This document shows, one piece after another, positions 1 to 12,469 of a DNA stretch of 64,000 nucleotides (position 1 is the first letter of the stretch; every line of letters starts with the position of its first letter). Location: NCBI RefSeq assembly GCF_006345805.1, contig NC_042999.1:133424001-133488000 (forward strand), in the 5' to 3' direction. The notes under the pieces are model-generated. The model was not told where the DNA came from, made no database searches, and was given only the letters and a program-made list of their open reading frames with translations. Position numbers and translations under genes: made by a program. The DNA is from Octopus sinensis (Eukaryota).

Positions 1-659
1 CCATTGCAGTTGTCAGTTTTCTTTCCACTGTATTAGATCTCTGAATAGCGGTACCAAATATAGCTCCATCCAGTGGCGCCAGTTTCCTTAAAAACTTCTC
101 TTTCAAATTCCTTACATAAACCTAATTGCAATACAACAAGAATACTTCTACACCAGCGCCAATAAATAAACCATCAACGAATCAATGTAGAAAGGAGCCT
201 TTAAGTGATCGCATGTCCTGCTAAAAATGGCAACTAAATCGCCCGTGAAGACACTATATTGTCTTTTTTTTTTTACAAAATAAAAGAAGAAAATAAACGT
301 GTTATATAATGACGTCCGAGATGCACTATGTCTGAAAAGAAGCGGGATGGTCATTAGCTAGAAAGTATTTCGATCGTAGATTTTCACGATCAAGGCTGAC
401 TCGATTCTGAAGAAGAACAACAGCAAGTACAATGATACTACCACCGTGACTGCTATCACTACCATCTCCATAACAGCCACATAATTACATAAACTCTCTT
501 ATAACCGTGGTAATAGTAGCAACAGCAGCAGTAACCTTGTTAGCCTTCGAGTACATAGTTGGTATGCGTATTACCTGAGAAATGTTCAGAGGGGCATCAG
601 CTCTTAGTCTGATTTGAGTGCACCTTCACCGTCAAACGATTTCGAGTTGTTATTTGTTC

Positions 660-752
660 CTTCCAGAGCTATGCCTGGCTGATAAGGGTCGGTTTCCCAG
701 TTTCATTGGCGTATAGGTTCGCCACCTGGATGGGACGCCGGTCTGTCGAAGG
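660..752 (-). mobile_element. SINE family S4, 3' part
   Basis: Reverse complement of GGTCGGTTTCCCAGTTTCATTGGCGTATAGGTTCGCCACCTGGATGGGACGCC matches the 3' part of the S4 copy at 16780-16845. Confidence 0.55.
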
Positions 753-1419
753 TGAGCTGCTAGATGCAGGATGTAAAGAGTGAAAGTTGTGGCCAAAGAA
801 TCAGAAGTTTGCCATTACCTTCTGCCGGAGCCGCGTGCAGTTTAGATGTTTCGCTCAAAAACACAACATCGCCTGGTTTGAGATTCGGTCTCGTGGTCCC
901 TCGACTGGGAGTCTGCTGCTCTAACCACAAGCCCACGTGCCTCCACAACGGTTTGGAGTAGTGAATAAATTAATTGGCCGGACTAACAGCTATGTTGTGC
1001 CCTCTGTAGGTTAAATTAGTGACTAATCACAGTGGGAGATAGATAACTTTCGAGCGTCTATCATTGACTAGATCAAGGAAGGTTGAAATCACTCGATCTG
1101 GTGGTCTCGGCACAGGAGTTGGTAGGGTTTATCTCCCCGCTTATGATATAAACAAGCGGGCATTTTGCACCAAAAGCCTATATGAAGATCTCTCTCATGG
1201 TGTCTACCGCAGTAAAGTTTGTTTTAATAGAACATCAGCATTTAAGTGGGGATAAACAAATGATATATTGCTCACAGTGATGGGATGATAAAGTTTGAGC
1301 TTCTGCAGCATTTGGGGGGAATAGGTCTATGGAGTGAATGAGAACTTTTTTTTTTCTACTGACGATATGATGAGCTGTGATCAAAACGTCGCAACCCCAC
1401 CGCAATAACACCCTTTAGC

Positions 1420-1930
1420 GATAACAACATCATCATAATCAATTCCACTGCAACCAGCACATCAACACACCCAAAATCCAATAAACACTACAATCAACAA
1501 AAACTTGACACCATGACATCATCACCGCTACCGCCACAAATCCACTACTACACAACCATTTCCTTAACGCAACCACATCAATCACCAAGAACGACTACAA
1601 CTAGCCCATCCCTCCACCACATCCACCACCACCACCAATACCACCACCACCACATCAATACACGACAGACAGAAAAGCCTCCACCAGTCCACAACCACAA
1701 CCAACCGTAACCTCAACCATATCCATTCCGACCGCCACTACAACGAACTACATCATCATCATCATCATCATCATCAACATGAGCACCAGCGCAACTACAA
1801 CAGTAACGACACCATTATCACCACTGCATCACCAAACACCATCACACCACCACCACTAAAGCCTTCACCATAATCACCACAACGTCAGCTGGTAACCGGT
1901 GTCAAAACCACCACCGCCACCACCACTAGC
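1420..1930. repeat. Degenerate (CAC/CAT/CAA)n triplet low-complexity tract
   Basis: Visible triplet repeats; source of the spurious His/Thr-rich ORF 1513-1710. Confidence 0.8.
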
Positions 1931-2290
1931 ATACACATCGGCTATCACTTAACTTATTGTTGACATAAGAATTACAGTCACGAAGAAAGAATCAACTACA
2001 ATTAAATGAAAGACATGCAAAGTGTATGAGTTGATTTAAACTCAGAACATGAAAGGTCCTTCTTAAATACTGCAATGCATTTTCGTGCAGTGCTCCACGG
2101 GGTCTTCTCAATGAATTAAAATAAAATAATAATAATAATAATAATAATTAATAATAATATAATAATAATAATAATTAATAATAATATAGTAATGTAGTAG
2201 TAGTAGTAGTAGAGTAGTAGTAGAAGCAGCAGCAGCAGTTCATAGTAGTAGTAGTAGTAGGAGTAGTAGTAGTAGTAGTAGTGTAGTAGT

Positions 2291-2720
2291 CCCAATGGAC
2301 ATTAAGTTTATCTGTCAGGACCTACCAAGAACTGAGCAAGTATAAAGATCTTGAAATAGGAATTGGCAAAATGTGGAACCTCAAAACTAAAACAATACCT
2401 GTTGTTATGGGTGCCCTAGAAATGATAGCGAAAGGGATTGATTCCTACATAGCACAGATTCCAGGAAACCCCAAAATAGCAGAAATTCAAAAGAAAGTGC
2501 TCATGGTAACTGCCCATACCCTACGTATAATACTATCGATGTAATCTCAAACTTATAATTTTCTTATGATTTCTTAAACATTCTCTAGTACAATACTTTG
2601 TGCAAAACCAAGTGTATGACACCTAGGGATAATACCAACTTGGACTCTAACTGTGTCTCTCGAGGTTCTCTGGGTGAGACTTGGAGTCACTTGTACAAAT
2701 ACAAGCAAATGTTCAAACAT
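2291..2720 (+). mobile_element. 3' end of an R4/Dong-like non-LTR retrotransposon (restriction-like endonuclease C-terminus plus 3' UTR)
   Basis: Translates LSKYKDLEIGIGKMWNLKTKTIPVVMGALEMIAKG...IQKKVLMVTAHTLRIILSM* (stop 2542-2544), matching the KYxDL...PVVxGALG...Q...LxxxL end of RLE-type LINEs. Flanked by (TAG/TAA)n and (AAT)n. Confidence 0.8.
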
Positions 2721-2842
2721 ATAATAATAATAATAATGATGATGATGATGATAAATAATAATAATAATAATAAAATAATATAATAATAATAATAATATAA
2801 TAATAATAATAAATAAAAAATAATAATAATATAAATAATAAT

Positions 2843-3364
2843 TCATGGCTCTGATCTTAATTGATTGGAAGTGTCATCATGTACATTGTTTTGTCTTGTA
2901 TCAAAGATGGGCAACGCAATATTCGCTCAATACCACAGATTTGCTTGTCAGTTGTTTGACCTTAACCAGTTGAGCATGTCCCTTAGTGGCTGACGATAGG
3001 GCATCTCTGATCACGAGCAGAAGTAGTGGGGAGAGCATCATAGCCATGTGTTTGAGAGGGATTCTTTGGGGTTTGAATAATTCACCTCTGGAAACATAGG
3101 TGGTTCTTTCAACATCCTTAAACAACCCTTATTCATGGACCTTTTGAGCGGGATAGGCTACCGACCTGAAGAAAATTCTAACGGGCCCCACCTGAAAGGT
3201 CATGGCGCTGTTTACCTTGATATGAGATCACCATGTCGCGCACATAGGGTTGTGATGCATGTGCCTGGTGTACCCTTATCAGACGGGTGGTCATGATGGG
3301 TATATTGGGCTTCGTATATTTTACCTCAGTGTCACTTTGATGGCATGAACTGCTCTCTCACTCA
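2843..3364. mobile_element. ~520-550 bp non-coding interspersed repeat flanked by (AAT)n, copy 1
   Basis: Colinear and highly similar to 35410-35964 and partly to 40630-40800; (AAT)n on both sides. Confidence 0.85.
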
Positions 3365-3655
3365 ATAATAATAATAATAATAATCATAATCATAATAATA
3401 ATAATAATAATAATATCAAAAGATTGACGTAACTCTTCACAAAGGTAAACAGACAAGACGTAGAGCGCGATAACAACAAGCCTGTCTTTGTCGAGTTCAA
3501 AATAAAAAGTGATAAAAATCCAAAATTATAGAAATTCAGTTCCAAAGTATGAACGAGAGAAACCAGCGTCCACATGTTGATGGAATGAGATCATCCGCCT
3601 TTAAGTTTCAATTTCATAACAGGCGAAAAGAAAAAGACAAAAAAAAGGGGAAAGG

Positions 3656-3806
3656 GATAGTCGACCACATCGACCCCAGTTCTTCACTGGTACTTAATTT
3701 ATCGACTCTGAAAGGATGAAAGGCAATGTCGACGTCGGTGGAATTTGAACTCGGAACGTAACGACGGGCGAAATACCGCTAAAAAGTTTCGTCCAGCTGG
3801 CCGCTT
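3656..3806 (-). mobile_element. tRNA-type SINE family S1 copy (further fragments at 3864-3925, 3990-4135 and 4195-4308)
   Basis: Reverse complement of the S1 core GAGTTCAAATTCC...GTCGACTTTGCCTTTCATCCTTTC...GATAAATTAAGTACCAG seen at 41766-42000. Confidence 0.75.
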
Positions 3807-4308
3807 TAACAACAACAAAAACAAACAACAACAACAATAATAATAATAATAATAATAATAATAAAGCCAGAAGAAATGCTGCTAGCCATTTTGTCCGACG
3901 CACTAACGATTCGGCCAGCTCACCACATTGAGATTTTTGTTTTCTATTCTTTCTGCAGTAGGTAGAAACCTGAAATTTTGTGAGATGGGCAGGATCCCAG
4001 TGCTCAATTGGTATTTTAATTTATCAATCCGAAAGAATAAATGACAAAATCGATTTTTGCAAGATAGAACTCAATGTAAAACCGGAAGAAATGCCGTAGT
4101 GTTTTATCCGGCGCATTACTAATGTTGCCAGCTCAGTTATAAAAGTAATAATAATTACTGATCTCGACAACAAGGACAGCAATTTAAAGATAGGGTAAGG
4201 TCGATGCCTTCAACCTCAGTACTTGACTAGTACTTTGTTGTTGGTTTTTGTGATCCTGGTGGAATGAAAGGTAAAGTTGATACCGACAGGATTTGAACTT
4301 AGAACTTA

Positions 4309-4882
4309 ATGATGAAGAAGAAGAAGAAGAAGAAGAAGAAGAAGAAGAAGGAGGAGGAGGAGGAGGAGGAGAAGAGGAGGGGGCATGAGGAGGGAATCGA
4401 TTTTTATATGAGAAGGAGAAGATGAAGAGGAGGAGAAGGAGAAGGAGGAGGGGGAAGAAGGAGGGGAAGGAAGAGAAGAAGAAAAAGAAGAAAAAGAAGG
4501 AGAGAAAGGAAGAAGTAGGAGGGGGAAGAGAAGGAGGAAAAGAAGAAGGAGGAGGAAGAGAAGGAGGTGGAGGAGGAGAACGAGAAGCATGAGAAGGAGG
4601 TGGAGAAGGAGACGAAGAAGAAGAAGAAGAAGAAGAAGAAGAAGGAGAAGGAGGAGGAGAAGCATGAGAAGGAGAAGGGAGAAGGTGGAGAAGAGGAGAG
4701 GAGGAGGAGAGAGAAAGAAGAAGGAGAAGAAGAAGAGAAGAAGAAGAAGAAGAAGAAGAAGAAAAAGAAGATAGAAAAAAGAAGAAGAAGAAGAAGAAAA
4801 GAAGAAGAAGAAAAGAAAAAGAAGAAGAAGAAAGAAGAAGAAAAAGAAGAAGAAGAAGAAGAAGAAGAAGAAGAAGAAGAGC
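4309..4882. repeat. (GAA)n/(GAG)n polypurine tract, ~570 bp
   Basis: Almost purely A/G; generates the spurious poly-K/E/R/L ORFs. Confidence 0.95.
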
Positions 4883-5434
4883 TATGAAACAGAGCTATAT
4901 AAAGAGCGAAGGAAAGGAAAAGAGAGATTTGCAGAAAGTGGGCGTGGTAGTGACGGATAAAGAGAGTGAAGAATTACCCCCGAAATATAAGCGGGATATA
5001 CATACATCTTCTTCCTCACTCAGCGATGGCGGAACCCCCATCATTGCTGCCACTACCACCCTGCCTACCCAGAGCCGTTATCGCCGACAACACCAGCACC
5101 ACACACACACACACACACACACACAAAAAAAACATAAACACATGGCTGTACTCTCTGACGCCGGGCAAGGAGTAACATTAAGTGGGAGGGGGTACTACTG
5201 GTGATGGAGTGATGTTACAGGGTGCAGTATAGGATGTTGTTGGTATTAGGATGGTAGGGTGTTTTGAGGTAGTGTTACACGGTACACACTGTCTAGCGTC
5301 TAGACTGAAGACAGAAGGGGCCATTTCAGACTTCACTATTGGAGAACTGATGCTGTCAGAATCCCTTCTGTTACAAGAGGCTTCATGATTATGGCAGCGG
5401 CGGTGGTGCTGCTGGTGGTTTGATGTTGTTGTTG

Positions 5435-5466
<32 letters not shown>

Positions 5467-5708
5467 GGTGGTTGTGGGTGGCGGCGGCGGCGGTGGAGGG
5501 GTTGCTGGCGGCGGTGGTTGGCGGTGGTGGTGGTGGTTGTGGGCGTTTTAACCGTTCTTTTAACTTCTATCATACTCCATTGCTGGAACTGTTGCAAATA
5601 GTTTTGTCATACAAACACACATACTTCTTCAGTTCCTTTGGACCATCACCGCAATCCCTGGAACCCTGTATGCACAAACACACACGCAAACACACACAAA
5701 CACACACA

Positions 5709-5742
<34 letters not shown>

Positions 5743-5916
5743 TATTCCACTCACGCACGCACATTAATGCTTGTGGGTGTGTGAATATGTATGTCATTAT
5801 TCAGTACATTTCAAGATTTCTTGCCAATAGAGAAAGAACCGGTTTCTAACCTAGATCCAAGGTTCCTTCATTGGAATTTCAACATCAACAACAGGGTATT
5901 TTCGTATGCATATAAG

Positions 5917-5950
<34 letters not shown>

Positions 5951-6352
5951 TGTATGTATGTATGTATGTATGTATGTATGTATGTATGTATGTATGTATG
6001 TTTTATATATGTTATTTTCATGCATATAGCTGCATATCTAGACATGTTAATATATAAAATTTTACAGATTTTTACAGTTCCAGTGATGGATTGGATCTAT
6101 AGTCTTCGAATTAGTTTTCTCCTTTCTGGTTTTGAGAAGTCTAATTTCACAAGATTGGTATTTAAAAAGTGTGTTACATATCCCAGGGCCTCAATTATTA
6201 CAGTTATAAACCTGTATGCATTCATTTGTGTATGCTTGTAAGTATGCTTTTATAGTGATGGTTCTCATTAAATTTTAAACTCTATAACTACAAGGTAAAA
6301 TCCATAGATGTTCATCTATCTATCTAGATACCTGGCTATCCTATCATCTTCT

Positions 6353-6388
<36 letters not shown>

Positions 6389-6438
6389 AATCTATCTATC
6401 TATATTCTATCTTATATCTATCTATCTATATATAATAT

Positions 6439-6476
<38 letters not shown>

Positions 6477-6597
6477 CATATATATATATATATAATAAAC
6501 CTTTACATAGATAAATAACGTGAAATACACGAAGGGACGAACAAAAAGACAAATGGGTCATTCAAAGCATTCGTTCTTCAGTCAGAAACTGATCCCC

Positions 6598-6655
<58 letters not shown>

Positions 6656-7604
6656 TATATATCTGTCTATCTATCAATTTGTCTATCTATCTGTTATTTG
6701 TGTGTCTTTCTGCCTGTCTGTTCTATGTGGATGTGTGTGTGTATGTGTGTAGCGTTTGTATTTATATTAAATTTTAAACTTTACAACTATTACTATGCAT
6801 GCTTTCCGAGAAAACGTTTATGCATGTGTATCTGCGCGCGCGCGTGTGTTTTTGCCTGCGTGTGTGTCTGTCTCTCTGTCTGGGTGAGTGTGTATATGCG
6901 TGTGTGTATATGAGTGTGAGTCTGTGTTTGTGCGTGTGTGTGTGTGTGTAGAAATGGGAATAAACAGAGAGAACGTGTCCTTTAACCCATTTAGTTCAGA
7001 GGAAAGGCAAATAGCATCTAACACTTGCTTCAAGGACTTTACTTCTATCAGTCTGTCTGTCTGTATGTATGTTTAGCTATCTACCTGACGTATATTACTG
7101 CGAAATATACGAGTATGTATGTGTGTTTATGTTTGTGTGTGTTTGTGTATACATATATCTATATATACATAACTTTATATACATATATATACATATGTAC
7201 GTGTGTGTATAAATGTGAGTGTATGTATGTATGTGTGCCTTTTTTTATGTTATCGTCCACCATCCGTATGTTGTGTTACGTTTGATTTCCGCTTGTTTTG
7301 TTATTTTTGTCCTACCTTTGATATATATATGTATATAGTGATGAACTATATGGTTATGGACGTTGTGTCTAGTTTCGGCATATTTGGTATTAGAAAATTT
7401 TTTTCTTTTGCCCTTGTTTATAAATTTAACCTTTAAAGGTATTTTTTAATTGCTGGCCATTGATAAAATTTTTCTTTTATCCTATGATTTTTATATATAT
7501 TTATATATATATAATATATTATATATAGATCTATATATATATATTTTGTTTTTGTTTTTTTTTCCAGTTTCAGCTAGCTGTGGCTGCTGGGGCACATTGT
7601 GGTG

Positions 7605-7712
7605 ATACAGCAATCATGCCGAGCCTCGTAGAGCTTTTCGAATAACACACACAATTTGAGAATCGAAAACCGCGATCCTGCGACCGCGAGTCGCTGCCCT
7701 ATAGGCCATGCG
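7605..7712 (-). mobile_element. tRNA-type SINE family S3 head
   Basis: Reverse complement matches 15718-15840 (GGCAGCGACTCGCGGTCG...GATCGCGGTTTTCGATTC). Confidence 0.7.
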
Positions 7713-7731
7713 TATAATATATATATATATC

Positions 7732-7797
<66 letters not shown>

Positions 7798-7969
7798 CTA
7801 TATATATTTATATATATATAAATATAATATAATATATATATATATATACATATAAGCAAAATTTGTATTCAAATGAATATGGTACTTAAGATGCACCAAA
7901 TTTTGTATGCGTTATCCATATAAATCCATGAGTGGTTATAATCAAAATAAGCACAGAAGATAACTTCGG

Positions 7970-8060
7970 TAATTTGGTACGATCGTTTCACGCTACATCA
8001 TTTATTAGATGTTGTAAGTATTACCCAATTTTAAAATGCTGAGCACTCATCAGCCATTGA
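7970..8060 (-). ncRNA. Type I hammerhead ribozyme, mirror copy
   Basis: TCATCAG at 8047-8053 and TACGATCGTTTC at 7978-7989 are the reverse complement of the + strand hammerhead at 8378-8469. Confidence 0.8.
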
Positions 8061-8377
8061 TAGAGGTGTTCCATTAATACATAATTTTCATATCAATTTA
8101 TAACATTATAGAGAAGGTAGATATATAGACAAAGATGTGGATTTAAATTTTAGAAACATTAAGGTAGTGGAGTTTATCAGCTGACTGATTTGTTCATTCT
8201 TCCTAAAACCTTCTAGCAGTTCAAAACAACTGAATTTTCTGAATATTCTTCAGTCAGCTGATAAACTCCACTACCTTGATGTTCCTAAAATTTAAATCCA
8301 CATCTTTGTCTATATATCTACCTTATCTATAATGTTATAAACTGATATGAAAATTATGTATTAATGGAAAACCTCTA

Positions 8378-8469
8378 TTAATGGCTGATGAGTGCTCAGC
8401 ATTTTAAAATTGTTGTAATACTTACAACATCTAATAAAATGATGTAGCGTGAAACGATCGTACCAATTA
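8378..8469 (+). ncRNA. Type I hammerhead ribozyme with extended stem II
   Basis: TGG-CTGATGA (8385-8391), long stem II (GTGCT/AGCGT, CATTTTA/TAAAATG, TGTTGTAA/TTACAACA), GAAA (8451-8454), palindromic stem III ACGATCGT, cleavage triplet GTA, then CCA closing stem I. Confidence 0.85.
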
Positions 8470-8510
8470 CCGAAGTTATTCTTGTTGTTTATTTTGATTA
8501 TATATATATA

Positions 8511-8560
<50 letters not shown>

Positions 8561-8919
8561 TCGAAGCCTATTATGTCACCTGATGAGGTTTTGTCTGAAC
8601 TGTGGAGTGCATTCGATTTCAAATATCGTTCTTCACACTAGGGAACAGTGCAGAAGTATGTCAAAAAGATCGTTACGATAAATAAAGTTTCCAATACACT
8701 CCGTCTTCCGTATCAATAGTTTACAATATACACAACGTGCGCCGAGGAATTCCTAACATAGATCCAGCGATGAAACTGCATTCACCACGGATGACGCCTG
8801 TTAGTCCTAAGTAGTGAATGTGCTCTGCCTGCACACTACTAGGGACATACACAAAATAAGGCTTGAATGTTAAATTTTAAAATTTCATATCTAAACTTTC
8901 AATTATAACCTATATAAGA

Positions 8920-9178
8920 TGACTGGTAATAAAGTCGCAGTAAAAGTCACAATTTTGGCTAGGTTAAAAAAGTCACAGGAAAAAAATTATAATTAATTTA
9001 TGGTGGCCAGTAATAAAGTCACAAGAAAAATAGTCACAATTAATTTATAGGATCCGGACAAAAACTCCCTAGGACAAACCTCTTCGGACAAAAACTCCCC
9101 GGACAAACTCCCTGTGGCTTTTTCCTGTGGTCTTTTTCTGTGACTGTTCTACCTGTGACTTTTTTTTACCTGGATTCA
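8920..9178. mobile_element. Putative MITE with inverted subterminal AAAGTCACA repeats
   Basis: About five AAAGTC(A/G)CA motifs at 8930-9040, TGTGACT motifs at 9138-9165, and internal GGACAAA..CTCCC repeats. Confidence 0.45.
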
Positions 9179-9192
9179 TAAACGTACGTACG

Positions 9193-9226
<34 letters not shown>

Positions 9227-10421
9227 TGTATGGATGTATGGATGTATGTATGTATGTATGTATGTATGTATGTATGTATGTATGTATGTATGTATGCACG
9301 TATGTATGTGTGTGTATGTACGTACGTACGCGTGTGCGTGCGTGTGTGTGTGTGTAAGCCTACATTTTATATGATATTTAGTATACAAATATGTTTAGTC
9401 ACTGTAATATAAGTAGGTGATTGTCTGATCTTTACTCATCTACAGGGGATTTTCCATGACACTTGTCACTTATATGTAAGACCTGAAAGAGCTGAAAATT
9501 AACTACACTATTGGAAGATCGATGCCATACATCAAAAGGTCAAGGAAATGCAGGCCTTGCACGAAAGAAAAGGCAAACACCTTATAAATAATTGAAAACT
9601 CAAACACTGCCTAAAAATCAGGTATGAAATGTTCCGTGAATGCTCTCACATAATAAATTCTTCCTATTCCAGTGGAAAATTCTAGCTCTACGAGAGTGGC
9701 CTCCAAACACACTCTGTATTTATCATTTTAACTCCTTCACACGCTTCCCCGTTGCACACACTGGAGAGAGGTTTTTGAGTATCACAGGCCACTCAAGAAC
9801 ATACATATCAGAAGATGCATATATGGAAATACACGCTGAGAGATATACAATGGCGTATGCATGTGTTAATCTAAATTTATTTTTTCGAAATTCTCTTCCA
9901 TTCTCTAAATTCTCTTTACGGTCGTAATGTATATTTTTGAGGTTAATTTTTGCTGATTTTTTAAAGATTAAGTGATTGCATACAAGCTTCGGCGTTATAT
10001 GAAACGTATTCTGGAATTTAGTATATACGACCGAACAGAAGAAACAAACCAATGATATTTGATATGGTGCTCTGTTTAATTTCAATGAAACTTAAATGAT
10101 ATTAGTAACAATAAGAAAGTGGATGTCAAGAGTAGGAAGTAGTTCATAATGTGTACTAAAACTAGCAGAGTTAGTTGGAAAGAAAGGCTGAGAAGAAATG
10201 TGAGAGAAACTCTCAGCTAGATGGATTATCTTTTCATTACAGTTTAGTCAGAGAAGGACAACGCCTATAACCCTCTATTTTTAGGGCCTTCGAGATCATT
10301 GAGGGAGGACATCTTAAACTCGTACGAACTTAATAGGGTTTGTTTCGTATGTGTATGCATGCATTTATGTATGTATATATGTATGTATGCATGTATGTAT
10401 GTATGTATGTATATATGTATG

Positions 10422-10453
<32 letters not shown>

Positions 10454-11140
10454 CATGCATGCATGCATGCATGCATGTATGTATGTATGTATGTATGTAT
10501 GTATGTATGTATGTATGTATGTATGTATGTATGTATGTATGCATGTATACGAACATACATATACAGAGACTGATTGATAAATAGGTAGATGAATAGATAG
10601 ATAGATAGATAGATATCTAGATAGATAGGTAGATAACTTTCTTTATTGGCCACACAGGGCTGGACACAGAGGGGACAATTACAAATTGTCCCCTCTGATA
10701 GATAGGCAGATAGATAGGTATGTAGATAGATAGATAGATAGATAGATACATACATACATACATAGAGAGATAAATTAAAGCATCACAACTGTGGTATTAT
10801 GCATCGAGAATTCGCCCCCAGGCGAATAGTAAGTTATATTCTAAAACGGAGATCCGGTATGACTGCTTGCAACAGTGTGGCCCGTATTAAAAGCAAACAA
10901 GAAACATAATTTGTGTTAAATACATACATACATACATACATACATACATACATACATACATACATACATACATACATACATACATACATACATACATACA
11001 TACATAAATGCATGCATACACATACGCAACAAACCATATTAAGTTCGTACGAGTTTAAGATGGAGACGCTAGAGTGGGTTAGTAACAATACAGGAGATCA
11101 GAATGCGATGGGCTGGAACAAAGAGTGTAAGATATGAAAA

Positions 11141-11660
11141 TACGAGGCGGTACCAAAAAGGTTCCGGACTAGTTACGTTTTAAAAAATAAAAAAACATTT
11201 CTTTACATAAGTTTTAACATCTTCTCGGTCGAAATAGTCACTTTCGCAGCGATATACCGGTCCCAGTGTTCCTGCCACTTTTGTAATCCGCCCTGGAAAT
11301 CATTTTCCGTAAGCGAGTCGAGGACCTTCTGCGATCCACTCTGGATCTCGAGAACGGTGTTAAAGCGGCGGAGCTGCATTTTCATTTTGGGGAAGAAATA
11401 GAAGTCTGGCGAATAGTGCGGATGCAGAAGCGATGCCATCTTGGTTTGGGTCAGAAACTCACGAGTGAGGAGAGCTCGGTGACAGGATATATTGTCGTCG
11501 TAAAGAATCCAATTCTTCGCGCTCAACAGATCCGGTCGCTTCCGCCCAATGTCCTCCCTCAAACGCCTCAAAACGTCGAAATAGAACTCACGATTGACAG
11601 TTTGGCTCGGGGGGCGAATTCTCGATGCATAATACCACAGTTGTGATGCTTTAATTTATC
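11141..11660 (-). mobile_element. Mariner (Tc1/mariner DD34D) transposase remnant with one terminal inverted repeat
   Basis: ORF 11203-11571 contains RKRPDLL..WILYDDN..H, HPHYSPD..FYFFPKMK and FQ..LQKW..HWDRYI; mariner-type end TACGAGGCGGTACCAAAAAG at 11141. Confidence 0.85.
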
Positions 11661-11953
11661 TCTCTATCTATGTATGTATGCATCTATCTATCTATCTACT
11701 TACCTATCTATCTAGATATCTATCTATCTATTCATCTACCTATTTATCAATCAGTCTCTGTATATGTATGTTCGCATACATACATACATACATACATACA
11801 TACATACATACATACATACATACATACATGCATACATTGATAAATTCATGCATACACATACGCAACAAACCATATTAAGTTCGTACGAGTTTAAGATGGA
11901 GACGCTAGAGTGGGTTAGTAACAGAATACAGAAGATAGAAAGAAAGAAAGGAA

Positions 11954-11999
<46 letters not shown>

Positions 12000-12417
12000 A
12001 AAAAAGAATGAAATAAAGAAAGAAAGAAAGATCAAGGTAAGATGGGAAGAGGGATAAAAATAATCTGGATATATACAGCTTGTGTGGGAGAAAAAGAAAT
12101 AAACAGAGAGAGCGTAAGCATGAGAGAGAGGTGAGTGTAGATAAGAACACAAAAACAAACATGGTTATTGTTGTTGGTGTTTTTGTTGTAGCTAGCTGTT
12201 TTTCTTTCTATATCTCCTAGTGAACTCAATGGCCAGAAGATCAGAGGTATCACTCTTTGATATATTTTGCCAGTAGAGGGCAGTACACAGATCTTAAAGA
12301 AACAAACACCGATTTTCTTTTTCGAAACTTCCCAACTAGATTTTGTTTTAGCTTCTTATTTATTTATTATGTCTGTGTATAATGTGAATATATGTATATA
12401 AGAATACAGAAACACAC

Positions 12418-12469
<52 letters not shown>

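Larger units (their letters stand above)
7855..8502 (-). mobile_element. Non-coding fold-back Penelope-like remnant in (TA)n with two hammerheads
   Basis: Inverted arms 7937-8188 and 8250-8502 with a 61-nt spacer and an unpaired ~80-nt extension at 7855-7936; (TA)n on both sides. Confidence 0.8.

Noticed and set aside
1-354. Possible coding remnant on the minus strand (KLAPLDGAIFG, faintly like the Tc1 DLNPLD motif)
   Set aside because: Only one weak motif, stops in all frames and no inverted terminus.
4306-4887. ORFs of 106-119 aa rich in K, E, R or L
   Set aside because: Translations of the GAA/GAG tract; the same applies to the many YI/CV/HT/MYVC ORFs across the window.
8575-8620. CTGATGA core as a further hammerhead
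   Set aside because: No GAAA with closing stems I and III at a plausible distance.
9640-10085. C2H2 zinc-finger exon suggested by an HTGER linker, or the 120-aa minus-strand ORF
   Set aside because: No CxxC...H...H spacing around the linker and no recognisable domain.
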